Source: Trueperaceae bacterium (lineage in GTDB: Bacteria; Deinococcota; Deinococci; Deinococcales; Trueperaceae). Taken from it: a stretch of 64,000 bases of DNA. A program made the translations under genes and the position numbers. Below, in pieces: positions 63,472 through 64,000 of this stretch (its first letter is position 1; each line of letters opens with the position of its first letter). The notes beneath the pieces are model-generated. The model saw only the letters and a list, made by a program, of their open reading frames with translations. It did no database searches and was not told the origin of the DNA. The stretch spans positions 224,001 to 288,000 of the forward strand of contig OZ243927.1 of the NCBI GenBank assembly GCA_965213925.1, in the 5' to 3' direction.

Positions 63472-64000
63472 ATGGACAAGCAGAGTCAGTGGCAAAAGGT
63501 CTACGGCTACGTCATGGGGAACCAGGCGACTTGGCTGACCAACATCGGTTTGAGGACGGGTTTGTTCAAGGCAGTTCGCGAAGCAGAAGATGGAATTCAT
63601 GAGACCGAGCTGGCAGAAAAATTAGGCTTCAAAGAACGCTACGTCCAGGTATGGTGTCGAGGGGCTTACGCCTTTGAGCTGCTCGAGTGGGACGAGGCGA
63701 CAGGCTACACGCTTGCGCCCCATCTGGACGCTTTACTTTTAGACCCGACGGACCCACAGTTTTTAGGGGGACGTGTCCAGTTCTTCGCAGCGCTTTACGA
63801 GGACTACTTAGCGTTTCCGAAGTATCTCGAGACAGGCGAGATTTGGCCTCGCAGTGAACACGACCCCTTTTTAATTGAAGCCTTAAAGAGGTTGACTTTA
63901 GCAGATTGCCATATGATTACCGACCACGTTTTGCCGCAAGCAGAAGCAACCTTAGCCAAATTAGAGGAAGGTGGCACGATTCTGGATATCGGCGCGGGTG
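63472..64000 (+). CDS. Class I SAM-dependent methyltransferase with N-terminal wHTH (partial, runs off the window)
   Basis: Translated by hand: IGLRTGLF..ELAEKLGFKERYVQVW ... ILDIGAG. Confidence 0.8.
   Translation, partial: MDKQSQWQKVYGYVMGNQATWLTNIGLRTGLFKAVREAEDGIHETELAEKLGFKERYVQVWCRGAYAFELLEWDEATGYTLAPHLDALLLDPTDPQFLGGRVQFFAALYEDYLAFPKYLETGEIWPRSEHDPFLIEALKRLTLADCHMITDHVLPQAEATLAKLEEGGTILDIGAG

Overview
A GC-rich bacterial chromosome segment, most likely Deinococcota (Trueperaceae-like). This assignment is inferred from the Thermus-type ba3 oxidase and c552 sequences, Deinococcus-style ATACGGATTCCG repeats and abundant CTCGAG. Core genes include a ba3-type oxidase operon whose subunit II is fused to a cytochrome c552-like domain, tRNA-Leu(GAG), pgi, glmS, pheST, an M29 aminopeptidase, NhaP, a polyamine/GABA catabolic cluster with potBC, a DinG-like helicase and a candidate 6S RNA. 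Between pgi and glmS lies a ~14.5 kb decayed island. Its right boundary is a Tn7-like right end at the canonical attTn7 position, with tnsA and tnsB pseudogenes and no tnsC/D. Its left boundary is a displaced 3' half of tRNA-Arg(ACG), an integrase att scar. The most unusual signals are: (i) a glmS ribozyme split by a ~185-nt insertion; (ii) that insertion carries one copy of an ~85-100 bp inverted-repeat-bounded element found at least four times in the window; (iii) a tandem array of toxin-antitoxin-like cassettes punctuated by a 40-bp direct repeat and promoter-like motifs; (iv) the natural CuA subunit II-c552 fusion. No CRISPR array or rRNA was seen. All calls come from reading the sequence by eye; no searches were run.
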